Assembly: GCA_903900685.1 (NCBI GenBank)
Contig: CAIUOC010000086.1
Coordinates: 1-52,835, forward strand
Direction: 5' to 3'
Source of the DNA: an uncultured Candidatus Saccharibacteria bacterium
GTDB taxonomy: Bacteria; Patescibacteriota; Saccharimonadia; Saccharimonadales; UBA4665
Length of the DNA: 52,835 bases
The position numbers and the translations under genes were made by a program. Positions 1-12,700 of the stretch are shown piece by piece. How positions within the stretch are numbered: position 1 is the stretch's first letter; every line of letters begins with the position of its first letter. A model generated the notes under the pieces. It was not told the DNA's origin, searched no databases, and saw only the letters and a list, made by a program, of their open reading frames with translations.

Positions 1-1
1 A

Positions 2-298
2 AGAAAAGAAAGCCCTAATGGAACAGGCATAGGCCTATACCTAGTTAAACGAGTCATAGGTGACCAGCACGGTAGAATAATCTTCAGCTCACAAGTCGGT
101 AAGGGTTCAATCTTTGGCTTTACGCTACCGATAACAACAATTTCCTTCCCAAGATCGGCAGCTGATATATCAAGCCATCAGCAAATAAATATTGGCATGG
201 GTGATGATGAAAAATTAGTGAATAATATAGAGCAGAAATCAGTTGATGATTCGATTATTTCTCAGAATCCACAAGAAAAAGAGAGTAAACTTAAGTAA
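2..298 (+). CDS. Sensor histidine kinase, C-terminal HATPase_c fragment (5' part lies outside the window)
   Basis: Frame 2 is open from the window edge to TAA at 296-298. The translation ...NGTGIGLYLVKRVIGDQHGRIIFSSQVGKGSIFGFTLP matches the G2-box/ATP-lid end of HATPase_c kinases. Confidence 0.7.
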   Translation, partial: RKESPNGTGIGLYLVKRVIGDQHGRIIFSSQVGKGSIFGFTLPITTISFPRSAADISSHQQINIGMGDDEKLVNNIEQKSVDDSIISQNPQEKESKLK

Positions 299-357
299 GT
301 TTTATTTTTTATATACTGCTATAATCAGAATAGTTATTAAATACGACAAGGATTAAT

Positions 358-1290
358 ATTAGTAAATACGATTCTATTCAATCAAATAATCAAAATTTAA
401 TTAATGAGCTTGCTGAGCCAGCTGAAGATTTATTAAACCATCACCTTGAGGTTTGTAAAACCTGGTATCCTCATGAAGAAGTCCCTTTTACCGAAGCCCG
501 TAATTTTACGAAGGAAGATCCATGGTCACCAGATGACTATCCTCTCGAACAAGGTGTACGTAGTGCAATATATGTAAACTTATTAACAGAAGATAATCTT
601 CCTTATTATACTAATACATTACTAAGTCAATCAGACAAAGATCATCCTCTCAATGAATGGACTCATCAATGGACAAGTGAAGAATGGAGACATTCAGCTG
701 TGATTAGGGATTGGGCACTAACAACAAGAGCAATAGATCCAACTGAATTAGAGGATGCGCGAAGAGTTCAGATGAAACTTGGAGAAGTCCCCCAGCCAGA
801 AGATCTTACAGATATGCTGGTCTACACATCATTACAAGAACTAGCTACTCAGGTAGCTCACAGGAATACAGGTAAAGAATTAGAAAAGGATAAAATGGGT
901 CGCCGGGTAATGGCGCTAGTTGCTGGTGATGAAGGACTGCATCATGAATTTTACAGCGGCCTTGCTACTGCAGCTTTTGAAGTCGATCCATCAAGTATGG
1001 CGATAGCATCATTAAGACAGCTAAAAGGGTTTAAGATGCCTGGTACTGGGATACCTAATTTTGAAGAACACTCAAGACATATAGAAAAAGCTGGAATTTA
1101 TGATATTCCTCAGTTTTATGAGAATGTAGTCACACCAACGTTCGATAAATGGAAAATAAATGAATTGACTAATTTAAGTGACGAAGCTGAAGTTGCAAGA
1201 GATAAAGTCAATAGACATCTTGGATTATTAGCAAGAGTTGCAGTCAGATATCAAGAACGCAAAGAAGAAGATCAAGAGAAAACTACTTAA
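358..1290 (+). CDS. Acyl-ACP desaturase-like di-iron protein (FA_desaturase_2 type); start codon non-canonical and uncertain
   Basis: The frame is open from 334 (stop TAG 331-333) to 1290. Family-like sequence (LLTEDNLPYY, WTSEEWRHS, GDEGLHHEF = two E-x-x-H di-iron motifs) begins well upstream of the track's GTG at 700. There is no ATG/GTG/TTG in frame between 334 and 699. AAGGA at 347-351 precedes ATT at 358. Confidence 0.6.
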   Translation: MSKYDSIQSNNQNLINELAEPAEDLLNHHLEVCKTWYPHEEVPFTEARNFTKEDPWSPDDYPLEQGVRSAIYVNLLTEDNLPYYTNTLLSQSDKDHPLNEWTHQWTSEEWRHSAVIRDWALTTRAIDPTELEDARRVQMKLGEVPQPEDLTDMLVYTSLQELATQVAHRNTGKELEKDKMGRRVMALVAGDEGLHHEFYSGLATAAFEVDPSSMAIASLRQLKGFKMPGTGIPNFEEHSRHIEKAGIYDIPQFYENVVTPTFDKWKINELTNLSDEAEVARDKVNRHLGLLARVAVRYQERKEEDQEKTT

Positions 1291-1706
1291 TGAGTATCCT
1301 CACTTGAACTAGATAATTTTTTAAGCATTTTAACTCCTGTTATAGCATTTAATGCGAATATATCCTCTTCAATACCTAATTCTCTAGATGCAACAGGAAT
1401 TAAGTTTTCCCTAGCGCTATATTCAAAAAAATTCAAAAAATATTTAAGCGAGACTCTAGATAAAAAGAAGTCTGACTCTGATGCTAACACCCTAACTCCT
1501 TTATTTAGATCATCAATTAATTCTTCAGCCATAAGATATCCAACAATAAATTTATCGTTATCTGGATTTTCATAGTCATGTATTTTATCTTCTTTTATAA
1601 CTCCATTCAGATAAGTATTAATCGACAGACTTAAAGTATTGGCTTCGAGATCGGAATCGAGTACATAGCCTACCAATTTATTATTCTTTTGTCTTATTTC
1701 TTCCAC
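1287..1706 (-). CDS. Hypothetical protein (139 aa)
   Basis: Clean ORF, last gene of the minus-strand run 5940->1287. No motif recognised. Confidence 0.5.
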   Translation of the reverse strand: MEEIRQKNNKLVGYVLDSDLEANTLSLSINTYLNGVIKEDKIHDYENPDNDKFIVGYLMAEELIDDLNKGVRVLASESDFFLSRVSLKYFLNFFEYSARENLIPVASRELGIEEDIFALNAITGVKMLKKLSSSSEDTH

Positions 1707-1715
1707 AGTTGATTG

Positions 1716-2441
1716 CTACTTATTGTTTTTTAGTTTAAAAGGAAGAATCAATGTTGCTGGGATTGTAGATTTAGGTAGTTTTGACTTACCAAATTTTCTA
1801 TCATTGAAAGTAATAGGAATTTCAACCACATTATTGTCAATTGTATAAATTTTGTATTTAAGTTCGGCTAAGAAACTATAACCCCTTGAATTTATTTTTT
1901 GTAGATTTATTTTTTTCAATACATCAATTTTTATTAGGTTATAACCTGTTGTGTAATCGTTTATATTACTACCTAACATTATTTTCAAGTATAGATTACC
2001 AAATTTGCTAATGATTCTTCTTTGAAAACTCCAATCCGGCGTAGATCCTTTTTTTATATATCTAGACCCAATAATCAATGATTTTCCATCCATATTACGA
2101 ATAAAGTTTTTTATATATTTTGGATTATGAGATAAATCAGCGTCCATTTGTAATAGATGTGAAAATTTATTCATATCTATTACTTTTTGAAATCCTTCGA
2201 TATAGGCAGTACCAAGGCCTTGCTTATTCTTTCTTTTTATTAAGGATATTTTAAAATTATTAGAATTATACTTATTGGAGACTCTAGTAATTTCTTGTGA
2301 TGTATTGTCTGGTGAATTATCGTCTACAAACAGTACTAAAAGTTTAATATCTTTAGTATTAGCCTTAATTCTTTTAATCAAGGTTTCGATATTGTTTATT
2401 TCATTATAGGTAGGAATTACAATACATAGATTCATTTTCAT
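1716..2441 (-). CDS. GT2 glycosyltransferase, polyprenol/dolichol-phosphate mannose synthase-like
   Basis: IVIPTYNE...VDDNSPDNT...QMDADLSHNP motifs typical of DPM1/Ppm1-type GT2 enzymes. Confidence 0.75.
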   Translation of the reverse strand: MKMNLCIVIPTYNEINNIETLIKRIKANTKDIKLLVLFVDDNSPDNTSQEITRVSNKYNSNNFKISLIKRKNKQGLGTAYIEGFQKVIDMNKFSHLLQMDADLSHNPKYIKNFIRNMDGKSLIIGSRYIKKGSTPDWSFQRRIISKFGNLYLKIMLGSNINDYTTGYNLIKIDVLKKINLQKINSRGYSFLAELKYKIYTIDNNVVEIPITFNDRKFGKSKLPKSTIPATLILPFKLKNNK

Positions 2442-2482
2442 TTATATACATTCTAAGGGAATATTCGATTTATTACTAATAG

Positions 2483-4372
2483 CTATAAACTAATTAATGT
2501 TGTAAATTCCTCTGTTCTATCGATTGGTAGATGATAAAAATCTGAATCACTAAGTTCATTTTGAGCCATGAATAAATACAGACTTTTACGCCACTTAGAC
2601 ATATTATGGGATTTACTTATAACTGGTTTATCTAGCGACACATAATATATAGATTTATTAGGATTAAATTTAAGCTCTGGGCTAAGATTCATGATTGATT
2701 TGAGTGTCTGAGGCAGATTAATTTGATCTTTATAGCCATAGTATAAGTTTATGTGACTGATGCCATCATTATATCCCAGATCATCAACCAGAGCTCTTTT
2801 AATCGGTGGAATGTGGGCATGAGAAGATGTTTTGATAGATACAATGACTAGATTCTTTGGCATGACCTGAAATTGCCTAGTATTATTCTGTAATGCAATC
2901 GGTACATTATCGGTAAACTCTGTCAAATATATAGCAGAACCATTAGTTCGTTCAATTCTTTGCTTCGTCGCTCTAATATAGCCCATAAAACTTTCAAATG
3001 TTTCTTCCATATCATCTCGTTTTTGAGCCATAATTCTCTCACCATTTGTCCAGGTTCGAATTATAGTAAAAGTTATTAATCCAATTAATAAGGGGTATAT
3101 ACCACCTTCGAGTACTTTTTGTAAATTTGACGAAACAAAAATAAAATCAATAGGAATAAATATTAACAATGAGGCCATATAATAAAGTAATGCGTCCTTA
3201 AAAATATATTGAATTACTGAAATAAATAATATTGTGTCTATGGCAATAGTGCCACTAACCGCTATTCCATAAGCGTTTGCCAGTCTAGTTGATGAACCAA
3301 ATACGATGACTAAAAAGATAACCGCTATGTACATTAATAAGTTTATTAGTGGTAGATATATTTGACCAATCTCGCTATATGAAGTGTGTTTAATTTTCAT
3401 TTTTGGCAGGAAATCAAGCTGTATAGCTTGACGTGTTAGTGAAAATATACCAGAAATTACTGCTTGTGAGGCAATGATGGTAGCAACTGCCGATAAGATT
3501 AGAACCGGAAACTGAAATTGACTGGGAAATAACTTTATTAATAGATCATTTGTGCCGGAATTACCATTTATTATTAATGCCCCTTGGCCGACGTAGCAAA
3601 GCACTAATGATGGAAAGACAATAAAAAACCAAGCACGTCTTATTGGTGATATGCCAAAATGCCCAAGATCTGCGTATAAAGCTTCAACTCCAGTTATAGC
3701 AAGCACAACTGCTGTCATTGATATAAAGGCTGCTATAGGACTACTACCAATAAAATGTAGTGCAGTTATTGGAGATAAAGCAATTAGTGAACTTGGGTAA
3801 TGATATATCTGATAAATTCCTCCAGATGCAATTGTTAGAAACCATACAAGCATAACAGGGCCAAATAATTTTCCAACAACAGCTGTTCCAAACTTTTGAA
3901 TGAAAAAAAGTACAGTCAGCAGAATAATCACAATCGGTATTACTAATGGTGCCATATTAGGAGCAACAACCCTAAGGCCCTCAACTGCAGACATAACAGA
4001 AATAGCCGGCGTAATTATTCCATCACCATAAAAAAGAGAAACACCAATTACTCCAATTAAGATTAAACCAAATCTCAATCTTTTAGTACCAATATGTCGT
4101 TTAACTAATGCAACGAGGGCCATAATACCACCCTCACCCTCATTATCGGCCTTCATTATGAAGCTAACGTATTTTACTGTTACTACTAGAAAAATAGACC
4201 ATAGAATCAGAGATATTATTCCAAACACATTATTGCTGTTGGGCAATAGATGATGATTTTTTATATTAAATGCAGCTCCTAGAGCATACAGGGGACTTGT
4301 TCCAATATCTCCATAAACAACTCCTAAAGCACCTAAAACTAATAAGACAGTGCCTTTTTTATGTTTTATCAT
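2483..4372 (-). CDS. kup: KUP/HAK/KT potassium uptake transporter
   Basis: N-terminal GALGVVYGDIGTSPLYAL signature, about 12 TM segments plus a C-terminal cytoplasmic domain; 629 aa. Confidence 0.9.
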   Translation of the reverse strand: MIKHKKGTVLLVLGALGVVYGDIGTSPLYALGAAFNIKNHHLLPNSNNVFGIISLILWSIFLVVTVKYVSFIMKADNEGEGGIMALVALVKRHIGTKRLRFGLILIGVIGVSLFYGDGIITPAISVMSAVEGLRVVAPNMAPLVIPIVIILLTVLFFIQKFGTAVVGKLFGPVMLVWFLTIASGGIYQIYHYPSSLIALSPITALHFIGSSPIAAFISMTAVVLAITGVEALYADLGHFGISPIRRAWFFIVFPSLVLCYVGQGALIINGNSGTNDLLIKLFPSQFQFPVLILSAVATIIASQAVISGIFSLTRQAIQLDFLPKMKIKHTSYSEIGQIYLPLINLLMYIAVIFLVIVFGSSTRLANAYGIAVSGTIAIDTILFISVIQYIFKDALLYYMASLLIFIPIDFIFVSSNLQKVLEGGIYPLLIGLITFTIIRTWTNGERIMAQKRDDMEETFESFMGYIRATKQRIERTNGSAIYLTEFTDNVPIALQNNTRQFQVMPKNLVIVSIKTSSHAHIPPIKRALVDDLGYNDGISHINLYYGYKDQINLPQTLKSIMNLSPELKFNPNKSIYYVSLDKPVISKSHNMSKWRKSLYLFMAQNELSDSDFYHLPIDRTEEFTTLISL

Positions 4373-4401
4373 AAGCTTTATTATACCTGATATATTACTA
4401 A

Positions 4402-5940
4402 CTAGTTAAAGAACCAGGGTTTAGTCCAATAGTACTTATTACCATTTATAATAATTGGACTAGTTACATGTCTTGCACCGTTGTTTAGCTGCCTAATCGT
4501 CTTATTCGGGATATCCCATGAATCGTCACTTCTCTGGATAAAGGTAAAGAAGCCACCGCCTTCGATAAAAAGAAGTAAAACTATAATAGCCAAAATAACT
4601 TTAATTTTATGATATTTTTTCAGGGCCAATACATACCCCTCTATAAAGACTGCAACTAAAGGAATCATAACGGGAAGCAAATAACGACCATTCATATTCT
4701 CAAGAATTTTTGTATATCTATATGTTGCAAAACCCTGAAGGTAAAGCACAAGTATATAAAAAAGGCAGCTTGAGAATAAGAGTATTAAATATATATGTTT
4801 TTGAAAAATATTTTTAAAATACCTAATAAACAAGATAACACTAAATGAAAAAATGCCAAGAGCTGCAGCGCTTGGTAGCGGTAAGGGTGGATAGTTTTTG
4901 AATACACTAATAGGGCCATTAACTGCAAAAAATAATCTATACCACATCCAATATAACCATTCACCAGTATAGTAAATAGGCCCATTAATTGGATTTTGCC
5001 CATGACTCTTAGCACTCAAAAGAATATTATGATTAATATAATTGAATTCCCATGGGCCATATGCCGAACATTGATTGACACTTAGTACCTGAGAACAATT
5101 TGGTGCTACATTATGGTATTCAATTAGATTTATAAAATCACGCTGGATGAACATTCCAATGAATAAAATAAATAAACCTAGAAGTGCGATTTTTATATAA
5201 TTTGATTCCACCTTGAAGCTCTCGAATAAAGTCTTGAGAAATTTTGGTAGGTTTTTTTTGTATTCTACTAAAATAAGAGCGGTTAAAAATATTACAATGG
5301 CAAGAAATATCGGTAAGTATACGTACTTAACCAAAGTAGCTATTAGACCAACAATTAAAAAGCTTATTGATGTTTTAAATGTTGGTTTGTGACTTTTTAT
5401 CTGATCGATGAGATTAAAAGATAGAAGAAACGACCAGACAATTATAGGTATTAGCAAATTGTCATAATTTATTTGAGCAGATAATTGAGGGACAATAGGA
5501 ATTAGTATAAAAAGAAGTAAAATAATATTGGTTAATATTTTCGAAGTACCTGTTCTTCTTAGTAATTTGTAAGATAACATTAAAGCAGCAACCATTAAAG
5601 CAATATTTATGAATCTTAGGCTGATAACCTGAATTAGTTGATCTGATGTAAAATTAGCAATTATACGATAAGGAAAACTCATTATATATTGATAGAGGTA
5701 TGATGGATCTCTAGCAACAGCTCCAAAGGCATTCGCTCCTACTGGCTGAGAGCTTAGAAAAGGTGACCAATGATGGGAATAGACCTTTATAATTCCGAAA
5801 TGAAAATCTTCGTCGAATGCCTGAGGGAATGTTGCTGAAATTGCAATCCAGGCTGACTCAAATATAAAAAATAAAATTACAAATAAGCTCATACCTTTAG
5901 AGCTTAGTAATTTATATATTTTTTTAGAAAATTTATTCAT
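4402..5940 (-). CDS. Polytopic membrane protein, putative GT-C fold glycosyltransferase (PMT/ArnT-like)
   Basis: 512 aa with more than 10 hydrophobic segments. An acidic DEDFH motif follows the first TM, as in GT-C enzymes. Shares an operon with the polyprenol-P-sugar synthase-like GT2. Confidence 0.45.
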   Translation of the reverse strand: MNKFSKKIYKLLSSKGMSLFVILFFIFESAWIAISATFPQAFDEDFHFGIIKVYSHHWSPFLSSQPVGANAFGAVARDPSYLYQYIMSFPYRIIANFTSDQLIQVISLRFINIALMVAALMLSYKLLRRTGTSKILTNIILLLFILIPIVPQLSAQINYDNLLIPIIVWSFLLSFNLIDQIKSHKPTFKTSISFLIVGLIATLVKYVYLPIFLAIVIFLTALILVEYKKNLPKFLKTLFESFKVESNYIKIALLGLFILFIGMFIQRDFINLIEYHNVAPNCSQVLSVNQCSAYGPWEFNYINHNILLSAKSHGQNPINGPIYYTGEWLYWMWYRLFFAVNGPISVFKNYPPLPLPSAAALGIFSFSVILFIRYFKNIFQKHIYLILLFSSCLFYILVLYLQGFATYRYTKILENMNGRYLLPVMIPLVAVFIEGYVLALKKYHKIKVILAIIVLLLFIEGGGFFTFIQRSDDSWDIPNKTIRQLNNGARHVTSPIIINGNKYYWTKPWFFN

Positions 5941-6037
5941 TAGTAATATGATTATTATACTTATATATCTGAGATTTTTCTTTAGTATGTTACTAATTAT
6001 AGTATATTTTTAAATCTTATTTTTGGAAATTTTTAAA

Positions 6038-6733
6038 TCATAACTTTCGTTCGGTAACTATTGGACTACCACTGAGAACATTAATTCCACACTCCATTAT
6101 CTTTCTACCCTGTCTTTTTGAACCAGGTAGTGTCACATGTAAATCACCAACTGATTCGAAGCCTTCATAAAATAATTTATTTCTTGGTAGTTTATTTTTT
6201 TCAATGTACTCATTAACATCTATATGCGACCAGTCCAGAAATGGATTAATTCTATATACGCCGTCACTGCTTTTATCTATAAAGTTTAATGTTGACCGGT
6301 TATTGGTTTGGTCAGATCTCACACCACTGATAAGAGCAGATATTGTAAGATCAGCTATAACTTGCTTTAATGGATTAATTTTAGTTAGTTTGGAATAGAG
6401 TGCTGAGTCTTCAACCCATAAATCCATGTCATTTATATCCTTAATTACTTCTTTACTTGGGCTATATTCAATAAATTGTTTGTTATATAGTTTTTCTAAT
6501 TGTTTTTTAAAGTTAATTGTCTCGATTGGTAAAAAGCCAGAGTTTATGTGAATGATATCTATTTCTTTTTTAGTTTTGAATAAATAATCTATCATTAATG
6601 CGGAATCAACTCCTGCACTTGTAAGAGCGTATAATTTATCTCCAAATATTTGATAAGCAAGCAATATCCTTTCCTTAGGAGTCTTATTCTTCATTGTTTT
6701 ATTTATATGATCTATATTAATTTTTTCTTCCAT
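6038..6733 (-). CDS. Phosphoadenosine phosphosulfate (PAPS) reductase family protein, CysH-like
   Basis: PP-loop-like TSAGVDSALMIDY near the N-terminus and a C-terminal ...GRKIMECGIN resembling the CysH ECGLH catalytic-Cys motif. Confidence 0.65.
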   Translation of the reverse strand: MEEKINIDHINKTMKNKTPKERILLAYQIFGDKLYALTSAGVDSALMIDYLFKTKKEIDIIHINSGFLPIETINFKKQLEKLYNKQFIEYSPSKEVIKDINDMDLWVEDSALYSKLTKINPLKQVIADLTISALISGVRSDQTNNRSTLNFIDKSSDGVYRINPFLDWSHIDVNEYIEKNKLPRNKLFYEGFESVGDLHVTLPGSKRQGRKIMECGINVLSGSPIVTERKL

Positions 6734-6807
6734 TAATCCTTATTATACCAACATAAACTTAGATATAGCTTATCTATGTTAACTTTATAGTTTATACTAA
6801 TTAGGTC

Positions 6808-9061
<2,254 letters not shown>

Positions 9062-9118
9062 ATAGGCCACATTTTTAAGCTATACTGTTATTTGAAATAA
9101 TATAATCAAGGTAATTAA

Positions 9119-9703
9119 ATGGATATTAAACCAGTCAAGAAAAAACCTCAGAAGACACAAGTAATATTGTCTAAAAAAAATGACAATAAAACTGGCAAAA
9201 CTTTCTTATATTTTCTGATTGGACTAGGACTAATTTCGGTCATAGTTGCATGTTGGGTCTATATATTTAAGAGTAATCCCAGTAACTATATTGAATCGGG
9301 TAACTATCAAGCAGTTGATGTAGGCTCTTCTGGTAATGATCAAATATATTTTGGAAAAATCGTTAATGTGAATAGTCAGAATTTAGTTTTGGATAATGTC
9401 TACTATATTCCAAATTCTTCGAAAGGCTCAAACATTCAACTTCAACCAGTTGTTTGTCAAATAGACAAGCCAAGCGATAGAATGGTGTTCAATAGAAGCA
9501 GTGTGAATTGGTATCAAAATCTACAACCAAGTAGTCAAGTTACAAGTGCAATAAATGACTATAAGAAAAATAGCTCATCTTCATGTCCGGCCACCAGCGC
9601 ACCATCCTCCGAAACAACCAGCTCCCCAACATCTGACTCAGCTACCACACCAGCTACTACACCTACCTCACCAAGTACCAAGCCAGCAACTACAAAACAA
9701 TAA
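9119..9703 (+). CDS. Membrane-anchored hypothetical protein with Ser/Thr/Pro-rich C-terminal tail
   Basis: N-terminal basic stretch plus one TM (FLYFLIGLGLISVIVACWVYIF), a globular part, then SAPSSETTSSPTSDSATTPATTPTSPSTKPATT. Confidence 0.55.
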   Translation: MDIKPVKKKPQKTQVILSKKNDNKTGKTFLYFLIGLGLISVIVACWVYIFKSNPSNYIESGNYQAVDVGSSGNDQIYFGKIVNVNSQNLVLDNVYYIPNSSKGSNIQLQPVVCQIDKPSDRMVFNRSSVNWYQNLQPSSQVTSAINDYKKNSSSSCPATSAPSSETTSSPTSDSATTPATTPTSPSTKPATTKQ

Positions 9704-9791
9704 CTGCTATATATAAAGATCATTTAATGGAATTAATGACTAATCGTTATTTTTACATAAGCTTGATATAAATTTATATTATAAATTGACT

Positions 9792-12700
9792 TTAGTATGA
9801 GGACTTATAGCTAATATTAATATTGCCAAGCTGTACTATTCCATTCAGTGGTGCAGTTAGTCTTATTCTAAAAGTCATTAATCCAGCGCCGTTATTATAG
9901 CTATTATCGGTTACGGCTGTAATTGCACAGACACTAGTACTGCTTTGAGTAGCCCAAGAAGTACTAACCGGTATAACACATCCAGAAGTGCTTGGATTCC
10001 AGTTACCCGCTTCGGGTGTATTATTGTTCCATAGCCAAGCTGTGATTGTGCTCGATGCCGTACCTTTAGTGTCTATAGATATTGGATTTAAAGAAGCAAA
10101 GCTTGCAAAATCTGAGGGAATTGGCACCTGAATTATCACGTCATAACTTTGAGATAAGCTTTGGGATGTTGTCCATGAGTAGTTATTCTCACCAGGCCTG
10201 GCGGACAAGGTGCCAGTGCTTGTATCAAAACCTGCTGTCATTGTACCGATACTACCATTAGTCGGAGCTTGAGTAAAAGAAGCTCCATTATCTAGGACTG
10301 CTCCAGAGTATTCAGGAGTTAAGGTTATTGTTTTTGAATGTCGTGCATTGCCTGAAAGAGTTATTCCTGATGATGATATAGCTACGGTATCTGAACCAGT
10401 ACCTATTGTTATTGTCCCACTTCCACTGCTACTTGTCTGTATGAATGCGCTGTTGCTAGCGTTATTAATAGCTAAGCTTCCCGATGCTCCTATATTTACT
10501 GCACCCGAAATAGTTCCGTTAATTGCAACGCTACCAGCTGCATTACCAATATTAACGGTACCGCCATTATTGTATGAAATTGAATAGGTTGTACCTGAAC
10601 TAATAGCTGTTGTTCCAGTTGCAGTCAAAACTGTTGATGATGTGAATCCAGTTATTGGCTCAACTGTAGCAGTTGGAGTAGTGTTGATTGTTATAATTCC
10701 ACCAACCATATTGCTATTAAATGAAGTACCTGCACCCGTTATTGTTGCAATAGATCCAACGGAAGTTTGTCCTACTGAGTTAGTAGAGTATGAAGTATTT
10801 CCGGAATTTATGTTTGTTGTAGAAACTGAGGATAAGGTAGATGTATTGCCATTTATGCTTATAGTACTTAATGAGTTACCGATAGATACAGTGCCTGTAC
10901 TGCTCCCGGTGTTTATATTAGTATTGAAGTTTGAGTTAGCATTGATGTTAGTCGTTGCTCCACTAACACTAAGTCCGCCAGTGCCTTGGATTTGACCTGT
11001 GCCTGAGTTAATACCAACTCCTGTTATTGATCCGCTTTGATTTATATTACCAGCAACAGCCGATGCTGGACTTATTTGAACATATCCATTAGCTGATGGA
11101 GATATTGGCGCATAGTTAAGGGCTAGATTTGTGTTGTTGGTATAGTTACTGCTTAGGCTATTACTAAGGTTAGTGACACTTGAAGAAGAAGCATAGTTAG
11201 TACATGTGGTAAGATTACCCTGAGTACATATAGCATATGCATTAAGTGTAGGACTACCCGTACCTTGAAGTGTTAGACTGCTTAATGAGTTACCGATAGA
11301 TACAGTGCCTGTACTGCTCCCGGTGTTTATATTAGTATTGAAGTTTGATGAGGCGTTTATATTCACATCAGCTCCACTCGTTGTTAAACCGGTGCTTGTT
11401 AACTTACCATTCTTATCAAATGATGCAACTACTGAATTAGAATTATTTGTAATATCTAATATATCTGTTGACTGGCCTGAAGTGCCACTGAATGTAGCGG
11501 TAACACTAGAGGCTGAGATGGATTTTATGTTTATATTTGTATCTGCTTGTTGAGTCGTTGAATTTTGGACGTAGTAAGGTGATTCTTTTGAAGGAGCACA
11601 GAGGTAAGCGCCACTACATATAGGAGTACCGTTGATTAAATAGTTTGAACCGGCTGCTATATTCACATTACCATTTACATCAAGTGTATAACCAGGTGTG
11701 TTTGTGCCTATACCAATTCGGCTGTTAGTTGTATCTGCTACAAAAAGATTGTCAGTTCCAGCCGCATTTTGGATTTGAAAGGCAGCAGTTGAATCTGAAG
11801 TATTTTGCTGCAAGACTGTACCTGTAAATGTCGAATTTCCACTAAGTGTATTATTGCCTGTATAAGTCTGATTTCCGTTCAGAAGTCCAATATTACTAGA
11901 GTCACTTAGATTTGTGGAACTAATTTGGCTACCGTTAATTTGATAAGCTCCTGCAATATTTACATTACCGCTTGCTGAGAAAGCTACCTTATTTGTACCG
12001 CTTGAGTTTTGGAGATCTAATAGGTCTGCAGATTGACCCGATGCTCCTTTTAAAATACCAACAATGCTTGAAGAGCTTGAAGATTGAATATTAAAGTTAG
12101 CATTAGTCTGGTTTGATGTTCCGTTTTGAATGTAGAATCCAGAGCCACCGATTGATCCACAGCCGGTAGAGTCACAGACCTTAGTTCCGTTAACATAGAG
12201 ACCAGTTGAAGAGTTAATGTTTCCAGTGACATCTAGAGGATAATTAGGACTTGAGTTGCCAATTCCGATTCTTCCATTGGTTGTGTTGGCGGTAAATAAT
12301 GGGTTAGCTGTTGCATCTTGAATGACAAAAGTTGAGGCAGAGTTTACCGTTGGAGCAACTGTCAAATTCCCTGCAACTGATACATTGCTACCTGTTTGGG
12401 TTAATTTAGAATTTCCAATGCTTTGAGTACCGTTGAATAGTGCTATAGTGCCGGTTGTGCCAGATCCTGAGAGAGAGCTACCCGTTCCACAATTACCAAC
12501 TGTTGTACATACAAAATATGTTCCTGGTGTTGTTGCTGCATCAAACTGATAGTTAACACTACCGCTTGATGTACCGTTAAATCCAACTGTTGTTGTTCCG
12601 CCTGAATTAGTTGAACTTATTGTTGTTGATGAACCTTGAAGCGTTAGAGGGTTGCTAGTTGACCCTACAGTTAATGAAGTTGAAGGTTGAATTGAATTAG

